Part shown: piece after piece, positions 10,381 to 18,785 of the stretch
Layout: the number at the start of each line of letters is the position of its first letter
Numbering within the stretch: the first letter of the stretch is position 1
Source: Candidatus Bathyarchaeota archaeon
GTDB taxonomy: Archaea; Thermoproteota; Bathyarchaeia; Bathyarchaeales; Bathycorpusculaceae
Direction of reading: 5' to 3'
DNA length: 64,000 bases
Assembly: GCA_963767735.1 (NCBI GenBank)
Contig: CAVYES010000007.1
Coordinates: 1 to 64,000, forward strand
Notes under the pieces: model-generated
What the model saw: only the letters and a program-made list of their open reading frames with translations
Database searches by the model: none
Told to the model about the DNA's origin: nothing
Made by a program: the position numbers and the translations under genes

Positions 10381-10782
10381 TTACTGTTCCGATTTAATGT
10401 CTCTTTCTGAGAATAATAACAGAACAGACACGATTGCGATAACAATTGCAGCTACAACAGATAACTCGGGTATTAGATTAACCGATTCGCCCGTTACGGA
10501 AGCAGGCACCGGCGTAGAAGTAGGAACTGGCGCATAAGAAGGGGCTGATGCAGAAGGCGCGGATGTAGGCATCGGCGTAGCTGTTAGCGCAGGCATGGAA
10601 GACGCTGTTGAGGGTACGGGTGCAGTGGAGGGGTATGGGGCTGGAATTGACGTGGTTTGCGGCTTGGTTGACGGTTGTGATGCTTGCCCGGATGGGAAAT
10701 AGTAGGTGGCTCCAACTAGCGAGAGGGCTAATGCAACCGCAAGAATTGATGCCCACAATATTTTCTTGTTTAGCAAGCTCAC
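10381..10782 (-). CDS. Small Pro/Ser/Thr-rich membrane protein with a PEF-like C-terminal motif
   Basis: N-terminal hydrophobic helix, P/S/T linker, IPELS + TM helix. Confidence 0.65.
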   Translation of the reverse strand: MSLLNKKILWASILAVALALSLVGATYYFPSGQASQPSTKPQTTSIPAPYPSTAPVPSTASSMPALTATPMPTSAPSASAPSYAPVPTSTPVPASVTGESVNLIPELSVVAAIVIAIVSVLLLFSERDIKSEQ

Positions 10783-10945
10783 TTTCTCAGACTCTTCATA
10801 GTAAACTCAGAAATGTATGGTTATAGCGTATTATTTAATCCTATATTTTCTTACAGGTGTACTAATTTTCGAACGGTGCTCTTGTGAATTTTTTAGGGTA
10901 GCTCTTAAATTGTCGATGCGCTTTATTTGGCGGGTGTGAAGGACT

Positions 10946-11368
10946 TTGTCTGTCGACGAGTCTAAGGATGTGCTGAGAGGAACTACGCTTGAAGTCTACC
11001 GCTTCTTGCTAAAGAGCAACAAGCCCGTAGGCATACGAGAACTTCAAAGAGCTCTAAACTTAAGCAGCCCTTCAGTGGCAACTTATCATCTCTCCAAACT
11101 GGAAGACGCAGGTCTTCTGAAACGGCAAGACGGCGGTTACACTGTTGACAGGTATCTTTTGGAAAACAGCATAAAAATCAGCCGATTTCTAATTCCGAGA
11201 TATCTCTTCTACGCCATTTTCGCATTTGCGGTCTTGATTTTTGAATTGACGCTTCTTAGACCGCCGGTTTTATCTCGTGAATACGTCTTTTCCGTGGTTG
11301 CAACCGCCATATTTACTCTTGCGTTCTGCTACGAAACCGTAAAAACCTATCAAAGAGGAAGCTTGTAG
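10946..11368 (+). CDS. Winged-HTH regulator with two C-terminal TM helices
   Basis: GIRELQRALNLSSPSVATYHLSKLEDAGLL HTH followed by two hydrophobic segments. Confidence 0.8.
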   Translation: MSVDESKDVLRGTTLEVYRFLLKSNKPVGIRELQRALNLSSPSVATYHLSKLEDAGLLKRQDGGYTVDRYLLENSIKISRFLIPRYLFYAIFAFAVLIFELTLLRPPVLSREYVFSVVATAIFTLAFCYETVKTYQRGSL

Positions 11369-11533
11369 AAGAAGCGATTTCTTCTCTTTCGGCTCACTCT
11401 ACGCTTGAAAAAAATAGACACATCTCACTTAATAAAAACGTGCCCTCAAAATTTACTTTCAATTTTGCTGGAGAAATCACTTGCTAAATTGATACCCTAC
11501 CCCGCCTTTCCTGCGCCACACGTAAGTGTTCTG

Positions 11534-11878
11534 CTAGCTGCTTAGTTTTCTTACTTTAGCATTAATCTCACTAGTGAGTTGCTCGCGGGTCTTGCCAACA
11601 GTGATTATCCCGAGGGTATTCGCCGTTTTGAGAAGCATGAGGTCTTTGTTGCTCGATTCTGGTGCTGGTTTGCTGGCTGGCGCGGGCTCTTTGCTGCTTG
11701 GTTCGGATGTTGATAGCGCTGCCTGAGTCAAGAGTTGAGTGGATTCTTTAGAGACTTGGGTTAGTGTGCTTCTTGCTTTTGATACAGCTTTTAAAACTTC
11801 CCTTAAATCGCCTGAGCCGAAAGCAAAAATTCCTGTTCCAATGAGACCATAGATAATGAGTTCAAAATCATTAAGCAC
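11534..11878 (-). CDS. tatA: TatA/E-family twin-arginine translocase subunit (divergent)
   Basis: N-terminal TM ending in FG, amphipathic helix, and a LLKTANTLGIITVGKTREQL tail like TACK-archaeal TatA. Confidence 0.6.
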   Translation of the reverse strand: MLNDFELIIYGLIGTGIFAFGSGDLREVLKAVSKARSTLTQVSKESTQLLTQAALSTSEPSSKEPAPASKPAPESSNKDLMLLKTANTLGIITVGKTREQLTSEINAKVRKLSS

Positions 11879-12120
11879 TGTTAAAAACCCGCTGAAAATA
11901 TTAAGTTAATTCGGTTTTAAAAAGCTTCTTCTTTGCCTAGCTTTATCTCTAAATATTTTCTTGATATTGCGTCAGGGTTGTAAGCCACGTTAGTAGGTAT
12001 TCTCGTCACTTCAGCTTGTGAAACTTCGGTCTATCTTAAATGGCGACTAAAACTAACTTTTCAAGTTAACAGCAACCTAAACACACTTTCTTCTAATTAA
12101 ATTCGGGGGAAGGCAAACAT

Positions 12121-12232
12121 CTTCATTTGCTTGCATTTGCATCCTTCCCCGTGCATTTGCTTCTGTTTGCTTCTATTCACTCAACCTGCAAACGAATTGA
12201 ACCCGAAATCAAAAACCGGCCCAAACAAAAAG
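12121..12232 (-). repeat. Core+10-mer module A (diverged core 12182-12232; six 10-mers, AAGCAA-type)
   Basis: Minus strand: ...TTTGCAGGTT|gagtgaatag aagcaaacag aagcaaatgc acggggaagg atgcaaatgc aagcaaatga. Confidence 0.75.
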
Positions 12233-12268
12233 ATCAGTGGCGACGCAACTGTTCTGCATGAAATACTT

Positions 12269-12398
12269 TTTTTGCCTCGCTTGTCCTTCCTTATCCTTTC
12301 GTGTCCTTCCTTATCCTTCTATGTCCTTTTGTGTACGCAACCTGCAAACAAAACCACGCCTAAACTAAAAAAGCAACCCAAAACAGCCTGAACAAAAA
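12269..12398 (-). repeat. Core+10-mer module B (core 12338-12398; about seven 10-mers, AAGGAY-type)
   Basis: Minus strand: ...TTTGCAGGTT|gcgtacacaa aaggacatag aaggataagg aaggacacga aaggataagg aaggacaagc gaggcaaaaa. Core is 55/61 identical to the reverse complement of 18081-18141 (hand alignment). Confidence 0.9.
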
Positions 12399-12553
12399 TT
12401 TGCGACACAACAACTGTATTCCACACAAACGAAAACACACCAAAAATTAGAGACAGAGCATCTTTGCATCTTCAAGCAAAGGATTAATCTAATTTATATG
12501 TAAAAGGAAGTTAACATTAGCTAAGTTCAACAACGCTAAGAGAAGTGTAATGT

Positions 12554-13744
12554 ATGGGAAAGTTTCGGTTAGCTGTCTTCAACACTCAGCCGCCTCACCT
12601 GTATTTTGGAGGAGTGGAAAAGCGGATAATCGAAACTGCCACGCGACTGCAAAACCAAGCAGACATCACCGTCTACAGCGGCAGCAAAGCTGGCTTCAAA
12701 AAACCTGCAACCATCGACGGCGTAAGTTTTGTTCCATGCTATTCAACCGACAGAATCTTTCCGTTGGACAACTGGTTCTTCAACAGAAGCATCGCAAAAA
12801 AAGCAGGCACTATAGACGCTGATGTTTATGAAGCCCATGCAGCAAGCGGCTACGGACTCATAACAGCACTGAATAACCAAGGCATCAAAAAACCATTTGT
12901 ACACACGATTCATGGCGTTTTAGCCGATGAGTACGAGCAAGCAAGAAAAAACGGGTACCAGTCATTTAGAGGCAGAATTGCTAACTACTTCATGCATAGA
13001 CTCGCCGCTTTGGAAGAGAAAACATCGAAAAAAGCAACGCTAATAGTTACAATAAGCAAGTACTCGCTTGAAAAAATACAGAAATACTATAATGTTGACG
13101 CGGCTAAGGTTCGGATTGTTCCAAACGGCGTTGACCCAGAGAAATTTAAGCCCTCTGAAAACCCTGCAGCAGTAAAGAGGCAATTCGGATTAGGGAATGA
13201 ACCCTGCGTGCTTTTTGTCGGCAGTTTAATCCCTCGGAAAGGATTACCTTTTCTTGTTGAGGCGGCAAAAAAAATCGTAAAAGAAAACCGAGAAACCAAG
13301 TTTATAATCGTTGGAGAAGGACCATTAAGAAACCAACTGCTAAGAAAAATTGGGGCTGCGAATCTTTCGGTTAACTTTACATTTCTCGGTAATATGAAAT
13401 GGGACAGGCTTCCCGCAGTTTATAATTGTGCTGACGTGTTCGTTTTGCCGTCTATTCAGGAGGGGCAAGGCATAGTTCTGCTTGAAGCACAAGCCTCAGC
13501 TAAGCCGGTTGTTGCTTTTGACATCGGCGGAGTTAACGAAGCTGTCCGAAACGGCGAAACAGGTTTGCTTGTGAAGCAGGGCAGCACCGATAAGTTGGCT
13601 GATGCCATAGTGAAGCTGCTTTCAGACAAGGCGCTGCGAGAAAAAATGGGCGCTAACGGCAGAAGGTTTGTTGTTGAGAATTTTACATGGGATATTTGCG
13701 CTCAAAGAATGTTGCAGGTTTACGGTGAAGTGTTAGGGACATGA
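12554..13744 (+). CDS. GT4-family glycosyltransferase
   Basis: GGVEK, HTIHG, VPNGVD, FVGSLIPRKG and EGQGIVLLEAQASAKPVVA motifs. Confidence 0.95.
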   Translation: MGKFRLAVFNTQPPHLYFGGVEKRIIETATRLQNQADITVYSGSKAGFKKPATIDGVSFVPCYSTDRIFPLDNWFFNRSIAKKAGTIDADVYEAHAASGYGLITALNNQGIKKPFVHTIHGVLADEYEQARKNGYQSFRGRIANYFMHRLAALEEKTSKKATLIVTISKYSLEKIQKYYNVDAAKVRIVPNGVDPEKFKPSENPAAVKRQFGLGNEPCVLFVGSLIPRKGLPFLVEAAKKIVKENRETKFIIVGEGPLRNQLLRKIGAANLSVNFTFLGNMKWDRLPAVYNCADVFVLPSIQEGQGIVLLEAQASAKPVVAFDIGGVNEAVRNGETGLLVKQGSTDKLADAIVKLLSDKALREKMGANGRRFVVENFTWDICAQRMLQVYGEVLGT

Positions 13745-14263
13745 AACGTTGACTGATTTTGCCAGCCGTTTAAAGTCGTATTCGCTCATCCATTCAGTTC
13801 GCAGGTAGCAGCAGATTCGCTCATCGCTAAGTCCTAGCCGTCTCGCTTCTTGGACAGCGTAACGGTAAGCTTCAATCTCGGTGGGTCGCTCCACATAGTC
13901 GTATTGTGGATCGAAAAGTTCCTTCCCTTCCATATGCTGCTTGACATGGCACAATTCATGAATCAAATCTAAGTAGATGTCAGTTTTGTCGCCGTTGTCT
14001 AAGTAACCTTTGCTAATTGTAAGATGCCCATCTTTGCTGTCGACGTACATATAGCCCATAAACCAGCTTAGCTCAACTTTGAGATGATGGAGAACTTCTT
14101 CGGTTTCTTCGCCAAAAATCCCTTTCACTGCATCAACTTTCTCAAAATCCTTGAAGTAATCGGCGAAAATAACCTTGCGGTTTCCGATGCTGAGCGGATT
14201 AAAAGGAAGTTTCCTAAATAAACGAAAAATCCTAAAGACCGTACGCTCTACTGACGACGACAA
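13733..14263 (-). CDS. Hypothetical protein with HExxH zinc-metallopeptidase-like motif
   Basis: DLIHELCHVKQ plus a downstream PTEIEAY glutamate. Confidence 0.7.
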   Translation of the reverse strand: MSSSVERTVFRIFRLFRKLPFNPLSIGNRKVIFADYFKDFEKVDAVKGIFGEETEEVLHHLKVELSWFMGYMYVDSKDGHLTISKGYLDNGDKTDIYLDLIHELCHVKQHMEGKELFDPQYDYVERPTEIEAYRYAVQEARRLGLSDERICCYLRTEWMSEYDFKRLAKSVNVSCP

Positions 14264-14278
14264 GGCACATAGCTGCTC

Positions 14279-15643
14279 CTATTTGAAAGCTGAAAGGTAC
14301 TCAATCTTCATTCCTCTATGCGCCAAATCTGGAAGGTCATCCACGGATCCGATGCTGGCGTCGATGTTGCGGTGAATTGGGTGGCTCCATTCGCCCTCAG
14401 GGGCAAGGTTAAACTGTAGAGGCATATCCAGCCTAATCTTGTATTTTTCGCTTAAATTTTTAATTAACTTTCCGCCTCGGCAAGCGGTTCGTGCTGAAAA
14501 GCAACTCTGAAGAAGCTGTGGAGAAGCAAAAGAGCCGACTGCATGCCAGATAGCGGCGTCCTCAGGCGAACCCATAGAGTACAGGAAAAATTGAGGCGAA
14601 GAGGGCGTTTCTTTAAAGCTGTAGTCAGCAAGTTTATCGCCCGTCACTGTAAAACTGTCCTCACATTCGGCTACGGCTATGTCTTCTGGATCCATGGCAT
14701 TGGGGTAAAGCTTGGTTGTTTTATATTTGACAGCAGCATCGAGCAGTTTGCCATCTTCAAAATGCAATTTGCCTCGGGCTGCCCGTTTAGAGCCATAGCC
14801 TTTCTTTGAATGAGGCACCGTCAGCAGGGTGGTTCGCTTTGTCATGCTTCTGCCCATGCATGTGTACGCTTCCTCGATAGCTGAGTAGTCATGATGGCTT
14901 TCGCCGATGATGTAATGAATTAAGCCGTCTTTTTCTTCTGCCTGCAAGGTTGAGAGAGGCATGCGCAGTGCATAAAGTGAAAGGTTCATACCGAAGAAAT
15001 TGGAAAGCCCCGCAAGCTGGGTGTACTTGATTGAATCACAAAAATCCAAGTACGAACCATTAGAGTTTCTAAGGCCCTCACTGAGTAGTTCTGCCTCGCC
15101 TTTTGAAATCAAACTTCCATTATACTTCTTGATAAAAGCGTCATCAACTTTGAGCCGGCTTGTGTCCACGTTTGCCGCGGGAAAAGCACTCTGACCGCTT
15201 GCAACAATAGAATGTTTGAGCGGGTTTATGGAGTATCGGTCTGCCTCCACATCGTCAGTGTTCAGAAGGAAAGGCACAATGCAGTCTTCAGGCGGCTTTT
15301 TCAATATCTCCATAAGCTGAGAAATATCGCCTCTGTCAGGTTTATGTAAACCACATTTTTCAAAGTAGTTTCCGCAAGCCTCAAGAAGGCGCGTGCCAAT
15401 AATGCCCTGGATTTCTTCCACGGTTAACTGGGGATTTGTGTATTCAACTGAGCCACGCAGAAAAAACCTGTCGCCCCCAAATTGAACGTTCACTTTTCGC
15501 CCGTTAACGTAATGGAACAATGTTACTTGTCTGCTTCGTTTCTCTTTTTTGAAGCTACTTAGATTCTCGACTAAGACCTCAACGCTAGACCAAGAATTTT
15601 TAAGGAAATCTTCAAGCAAAATCCTGCAGTAGTCTTCACTCAT
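14279..15643 (-). CDS. Hypothetical soluble protein, 454 aa
   Basis: Long ORF tightly coupled to the GNAT gene (3 bp gap) and the HExxH gene (15 bp gap); no motif recognised. Confidence 0.8.
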   Translation of the reverse strand: MSEDYCRILLEDFLKNSWSSVEVLVENLSSFKKEKRSRQVTLFHYVNGRKVNVQFGGDRFFLRGSVEYTNPQLTVEEIQGIIGTRLLEACGNYFEKCGLHKPDRGDISQLMEILKKPPEDCIVPFLLNTDDVEADRYSINPLKHSIVASGQSAFPAANVDTSRLKVDDAFIKKYNGSLISKGEAELLSEGLRNSNGSYLDFCDSIKYTQLAGLSNFFGMNLSLYALRMPLSTLQAEEKDGLIHYIIGESHHDYSAIEEAYTCMGRSMTKRTTLLTVPHSKKGYGSKRAARGKLHFEDGKLLDAAVKYKTTKLYPNAMDPEDIAVAECEDSFTVTGDKLADYSFKETPSSPQFFLYSMGSPEDAAIWHAVGSFASPQLLQSCFSARTACRGGKLIKNLSEKYKIRLDMPLQFNLAPEGEWSHPIHRNIDASIGSVDDLPDLAHRGMKIEYLSAFK

Positions 15644-15646
15644 AAA

Positions 15647-16486
15647 TTATCCTCTTTCTAAAGATTCAGCCATATATATACAATTTTTCGTAACAACTGG
15701 ACCTAAGAACATCCGTGAAACAAAAAAGTCTTCCTTAAATCCTGCATCGAAAAAAACAGACATAAGAGCAGCCTCCTTTTTCGGCAGTGCCACGTAGACA
15801 CTTAAATGTTCAATATTTCCAAGCACTGATTTAACGAGTGAAGAAGCAACTTCAACATAATCCGCATGACAAACCAATGGTCCAAGCCAAGCCATTTTCT
15901 CGTAAACAGTAGCGGCTACGTAACCAACAATTTCATTGTCTCGTGATTCATAGCTGCATAAATTGCCTTTTTCAAGAATAATTGATTCAAGCAGTTTTTT
16001 TCTATCTCCTACAAAGCAGTGGCGATCAAACTTTTCGATTGCCTTAACTTTTTTGATCCCGTTTTTTAATGGAGTTCGAACAGTCTGGAACTTTAGTTCT
16101 TCAGTGCTTAAGACGGAAAAATCCTCATCATATTTGAAACCTAAGTTGCTATAGAAGTTAACCAAGTTTGGGTAGGCGTATAGCCCAATGGTTTCGACGC
16201 CTTTGTTTAGCAAATAATTAAGGGAGTGTTTTACGAGAAGGCTTCCTGCACCTTTGTTTCGGTATTTTTCTTTAACTATTAAGTTGCCAAACCAGCCGAC
16301 TTCGCCAAAACTTATGCAAGTAGCTATTCCAATGGGTTCAGAACCATCGAAGGCAACAAAACAACCCTGCGGCTCAAGCATCATCATATACTCGAAGTCT
16401 TCAGGAGCCATATTCCAGTCCATCGTGTTGGCTAGGTTAGTTGCAAACATAAAATCGCCAGCCCGCATCGGTTGCACTTGAAACAT
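15647..16486 (-). CDS. GNAT N-acetyltransferase (two-domain, YitH-like)
   Basis: GNLIVKEKYRNKGAGSLLV acetyl-CoA motif, NFYSNLGF, and C-terminal WLGPLVC...SLERG. Confidence 0.85.
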   Translation of the reverse strand: MFQVQPMRAGDFMFATNLANTMDWNMAPEDFEYMMMLEPQGCFVAFDGSEPIGIATCISFGEVGWFGNLIVKEKYRNKGAGSLLVKHSLNYLLNKGVETIGLYAYPNLVNFYSNLGFKYDEDFSVLSTEELKFQTVRTPLKNGIKKVKAIEKFDRHCFVGDRKKLLESIILEKGNLCSYESRDNEIVGYVAATVYEKMAWLGPLVCHADYVEVASSLVKSVLGNIEHLSVYVALPKKEAALMSVFFDAGFKEDFFVSRMFLGPVVTKNCIYMAESLERG

Positions 16487-16638
16487 AAAAAATTAATTGT
16501 AACCTCTAAGAATTAAGCATTTGAACGCACAACAAAATTTAAATTGCAAGTTTCTCCAATATCTATAAGAATTAGAAGCCGTTTTTCTAGTGAGAATGAC
16601 ACTCATTTTTATTAACAGTAAATTGAGGAAAATCGTTT

Positions 16639-17415
16639 TTGCAGGAAAAAATGAAGCTTAAGACCAGAACTATAATTCTTATTTTTATTTGGATTCTTTT
16701 GCTAGTTATATCTTTAACTTTACTGTCAATTTTGTCGTCATTATTTGCGAGTTATCCTCAAGGGCAAAGCATCTCAAGCTTAAGTTGGGCTGGATACACC
16801 CTTGAAAAAGATTCTAAACCCCAGTTTGAAGTTATTGGAGTAAACGCTACGTGGATGGTGCCAGAAGTAAACGTTTCAGCTGGAGACGGCTATTCTTCAG
16901 CTTGGATTGGAATCGGCGGGGAATTGGACAAAACCTTAATTCAGGTTGGAACAGAGCAGGATGCTGCGCAGGGGCAGGAAAGCTATTATGCTTGGTATGA
17001 GTTGCTGCCAAGTTTTGCTATACGATTAAACAGCATAACTGTTTCTCCGGGAGATGTAATGATTGCCTCTATAAACTTAGTTAACTCGGACACAAATCTG
17101 TGGAGTATAAAGCTAAGTGATTCAACAACCGGGCAAGCCTTTAGCCAAAATGTCGTTTACAATTCTACTCGTTCTTCAGGAGAATGGATACTGGAAAGAC
17201 CAAGCGTAAATAACCAAATTTCCATCCTGGCCGACTTCGGAAACATTACGTTTACAGGTTGCCACGTGAACGTAAGCAACGTTGCTGGTTCTATCTCGAA
17301 GTTTTCGTTTTCAAAAATACAAATGACAAACAGTCAAAATGCTGAATTAACGTCAACTTCAGGTCTTACCGCTGGTGGATCAAGCTTTACTGTAAGTTAC
17401 TTCACAGTCAATTAA
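16639..17415 (+). CDS. Peptidase family G1 (glutamic endopeptidase), N-terminally membrane-anchored
   Basis: SWAGY, SAWIGIGG, LIQVGT (catalytic Q), YAWYE and SGEWILERP (catalytic E) motifs. Confidence 0.9.
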   Translation: MQEKMKLKTRTIILIFIWILLLVISLTLLSILSSLFASYPQGQSISSLSWAGYTLEKDSKPQFEVIGVNATWMVPEVNVSAGDGYSSAWIGIGGELDKTLIQVGTEQDAAQGQESYYAWYELLPSFAIRLNSITVSPGDVMIASINLVNSDTNLWSIKLSDSTTGQAFSQNVVYNSTRSSGEWILERPSVNNQISILADFGNITFTGCHVNVSNVAGSISKFSFSKIQMTNSQNAELTSTSGLTAGGSSFTVSYFTVN

Positions 17416-17426
17416 AAAAAAGGTAG

Positions 17427-17957
17427 CTATTGGCTAGCAGAAATGGCTGCTGAAAGAGCCTCTGAACTCTTCTGAATTTCTTTGGTTATATTTGAGAGCA
17501 TTTTTATGCGTTCCTCTAGCTTGTGTTTTTGCTGGCTTGTTAAGTTTTTGAATTTTGGCATGACATCTCCGATAACTGCGGTCATGAGGTCGCGGTTTTT
17601 TGTTTCGCTTAAATCTTTGAGTTCAACGTGTCCGTCTTCAAACATTAATACTAAGTGTCCCGTTGGATCAATGTGCGCTTGGACCACGTCGCCCAGTTGA
17701 GGTGGAAGTGCTGACTGGTTTACAGGTAACGAGGAAGATAATGGCTGCATGAGTTTAAGGAGAGATGTGAAAAATTGCGCTACTAATATTTTTTCTTCTG
17801 AACTTAATTCGCTTATTTGCCCAATGTCATCAGCCGTGCTTTTTAGAGATTCAACGAGTTCTTGGATTGACAACTGCTTTTTCTTCTCAGAATGTTTAAG
17901 TTCCGGCAAAGCTGAGATTTCTACAGGCGCTTGTTTAACTACTACTTCTTGAGTCAA
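17427..17957 (-). CDS. Hypothetical helical/coiled-coil protein
   Basis: 176-aa ORF with normal composition; no motif recognised. Confidence 0.7.
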   Translation of the reverse strand: MTQEVVVKQAPVEISALPELKHSEKKKQLSIQELVESLKSTADDIGQISELSSEEKILVAQFFTSLLKLMQPLSSSLPVNQSALPPQLGDVVQAHIDPTGHLVLMFEDGHVELKDLSETKNRDLMTAVIGDVMPKFKNLTSQQKHKLEERIKMLSNITKEIQKSSEALSAAISASQ

Positions 17958-18080
17958 GGTTGATCGAATTGTGAATAGCGTTTTCTAAGCAGAAAAGTGC
18001 TTGTATGTCTCAGAAGCCTATGCACAGAAATTTTCTGAGAAATTCTAAAATTTGTAGAAAGGAACTGCGCATTTTTTATC

Positions 18081-18230
18081 TTTTTGTTCAGTTTGTTTTG
18101 GGTTGCTTTTTTAATTTAGGCTTGATTTTGCTTGCAGGTTGAGTGAGGAAAAGTGAAGGAATGTAACAAAAAGTGAGGAAAAGTGAAGGAATGTAACAAA
18201 AAGTGAGGAAAAGTGAAGGAAAGTGATTTG
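18081..18230 (+). repeat. Core+10-mer module C (core 18081-18141; nine 10-mers, AAGTGA-type, with a 30-bp higher-order repeat)
   Basis: ...CTTGCAGGTT|gagtgaggaa aagtgaagga atgtaacaaa aagtgaggaa aagtgaagga atgtaacaaa aagtgaggaa aagtgaagga aagtgatttg. Confidence 0.95.
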
Positions 18231-18380
18231 CAAGTAAGATATTCCATGTGTCACTTACTCAAAAAGTAACTTTTCAAGGAGGGGGGGTACTTGAGAAAAA
18301 CAACGAAATTCAGGTGTCAAAGTTGATCCGTTGGCAGTTCGCTTCTCTTCATGCCATGGAAACGATTGAATTCCTCGCTG

Positions 18381-18510
18381 TTTTCTGTTCAGTTGTTTTG
18401 GGCTGCTTTTTTGAATCAAAGCTTGAATCGGTTGCAGGTTGAATCTAGAATAATCGGGAATAATCGCAATTAATCGGGAATGATCGTGTTTAATCGCAAT
18501 TAATCGCGTG
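18381..18510 (+). repeat. Core+10-mer module D (core 18381-18441; seven 10-mers, TAATCG-type)
   Basis: TTTTCTGTTCAGTTGTTTTGGGCTGCTTTTTTG...GTTGCAGGTT|gaatctagaa taatcgggaa taatcgcaat taatcgggaa tgatcgtgtt taatcgcaat taatcgcgtg; exactly 300 bp after module C. Confidence 0.9.
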
Positions 18511-18785
18511 GAGGATTGGATGTGACGTTAACAGAAAAGCGGGCTCGATTAGGAGACACAACCAATATTTTGGTAAAGCAAATACTAAAAAACCTAAAAC
18601 AAATGTGAACCAAGAAAAAAGAGTGAAAATTGAGAATTGTGGCTTCTGGAGATTTGCGGAACATTTTTGGTTAGAAACTTCAAAAGATACGGTCACAGGT
18701 CATATGAAGTACGTATATGAAGTAGTACTACGCATTATTTATCTATTGGAGCCTAAACTCAATATTACTCCAGAGACGGCGCCGA

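Noticed and set aside
12131-12391. 86-aa ORF across modules A/B (also 18248-18442 across D)
   Set aside because: These run through 10-nt-period arrays or cores in opposite directions and are not conserved as ORFs among the four copies. A QPA..KKQPKT reading of the core exists but no common start was found.
12338-18141. Conventional composite transposon or IS
   Set aside because: No transposase and no target-site duplication; kept only as an inverted-repeat observation.
18141-18510. CRISPR array
   Set aside because: Units are 10 nt and contiguous, with no unique spacers and no cas genes.
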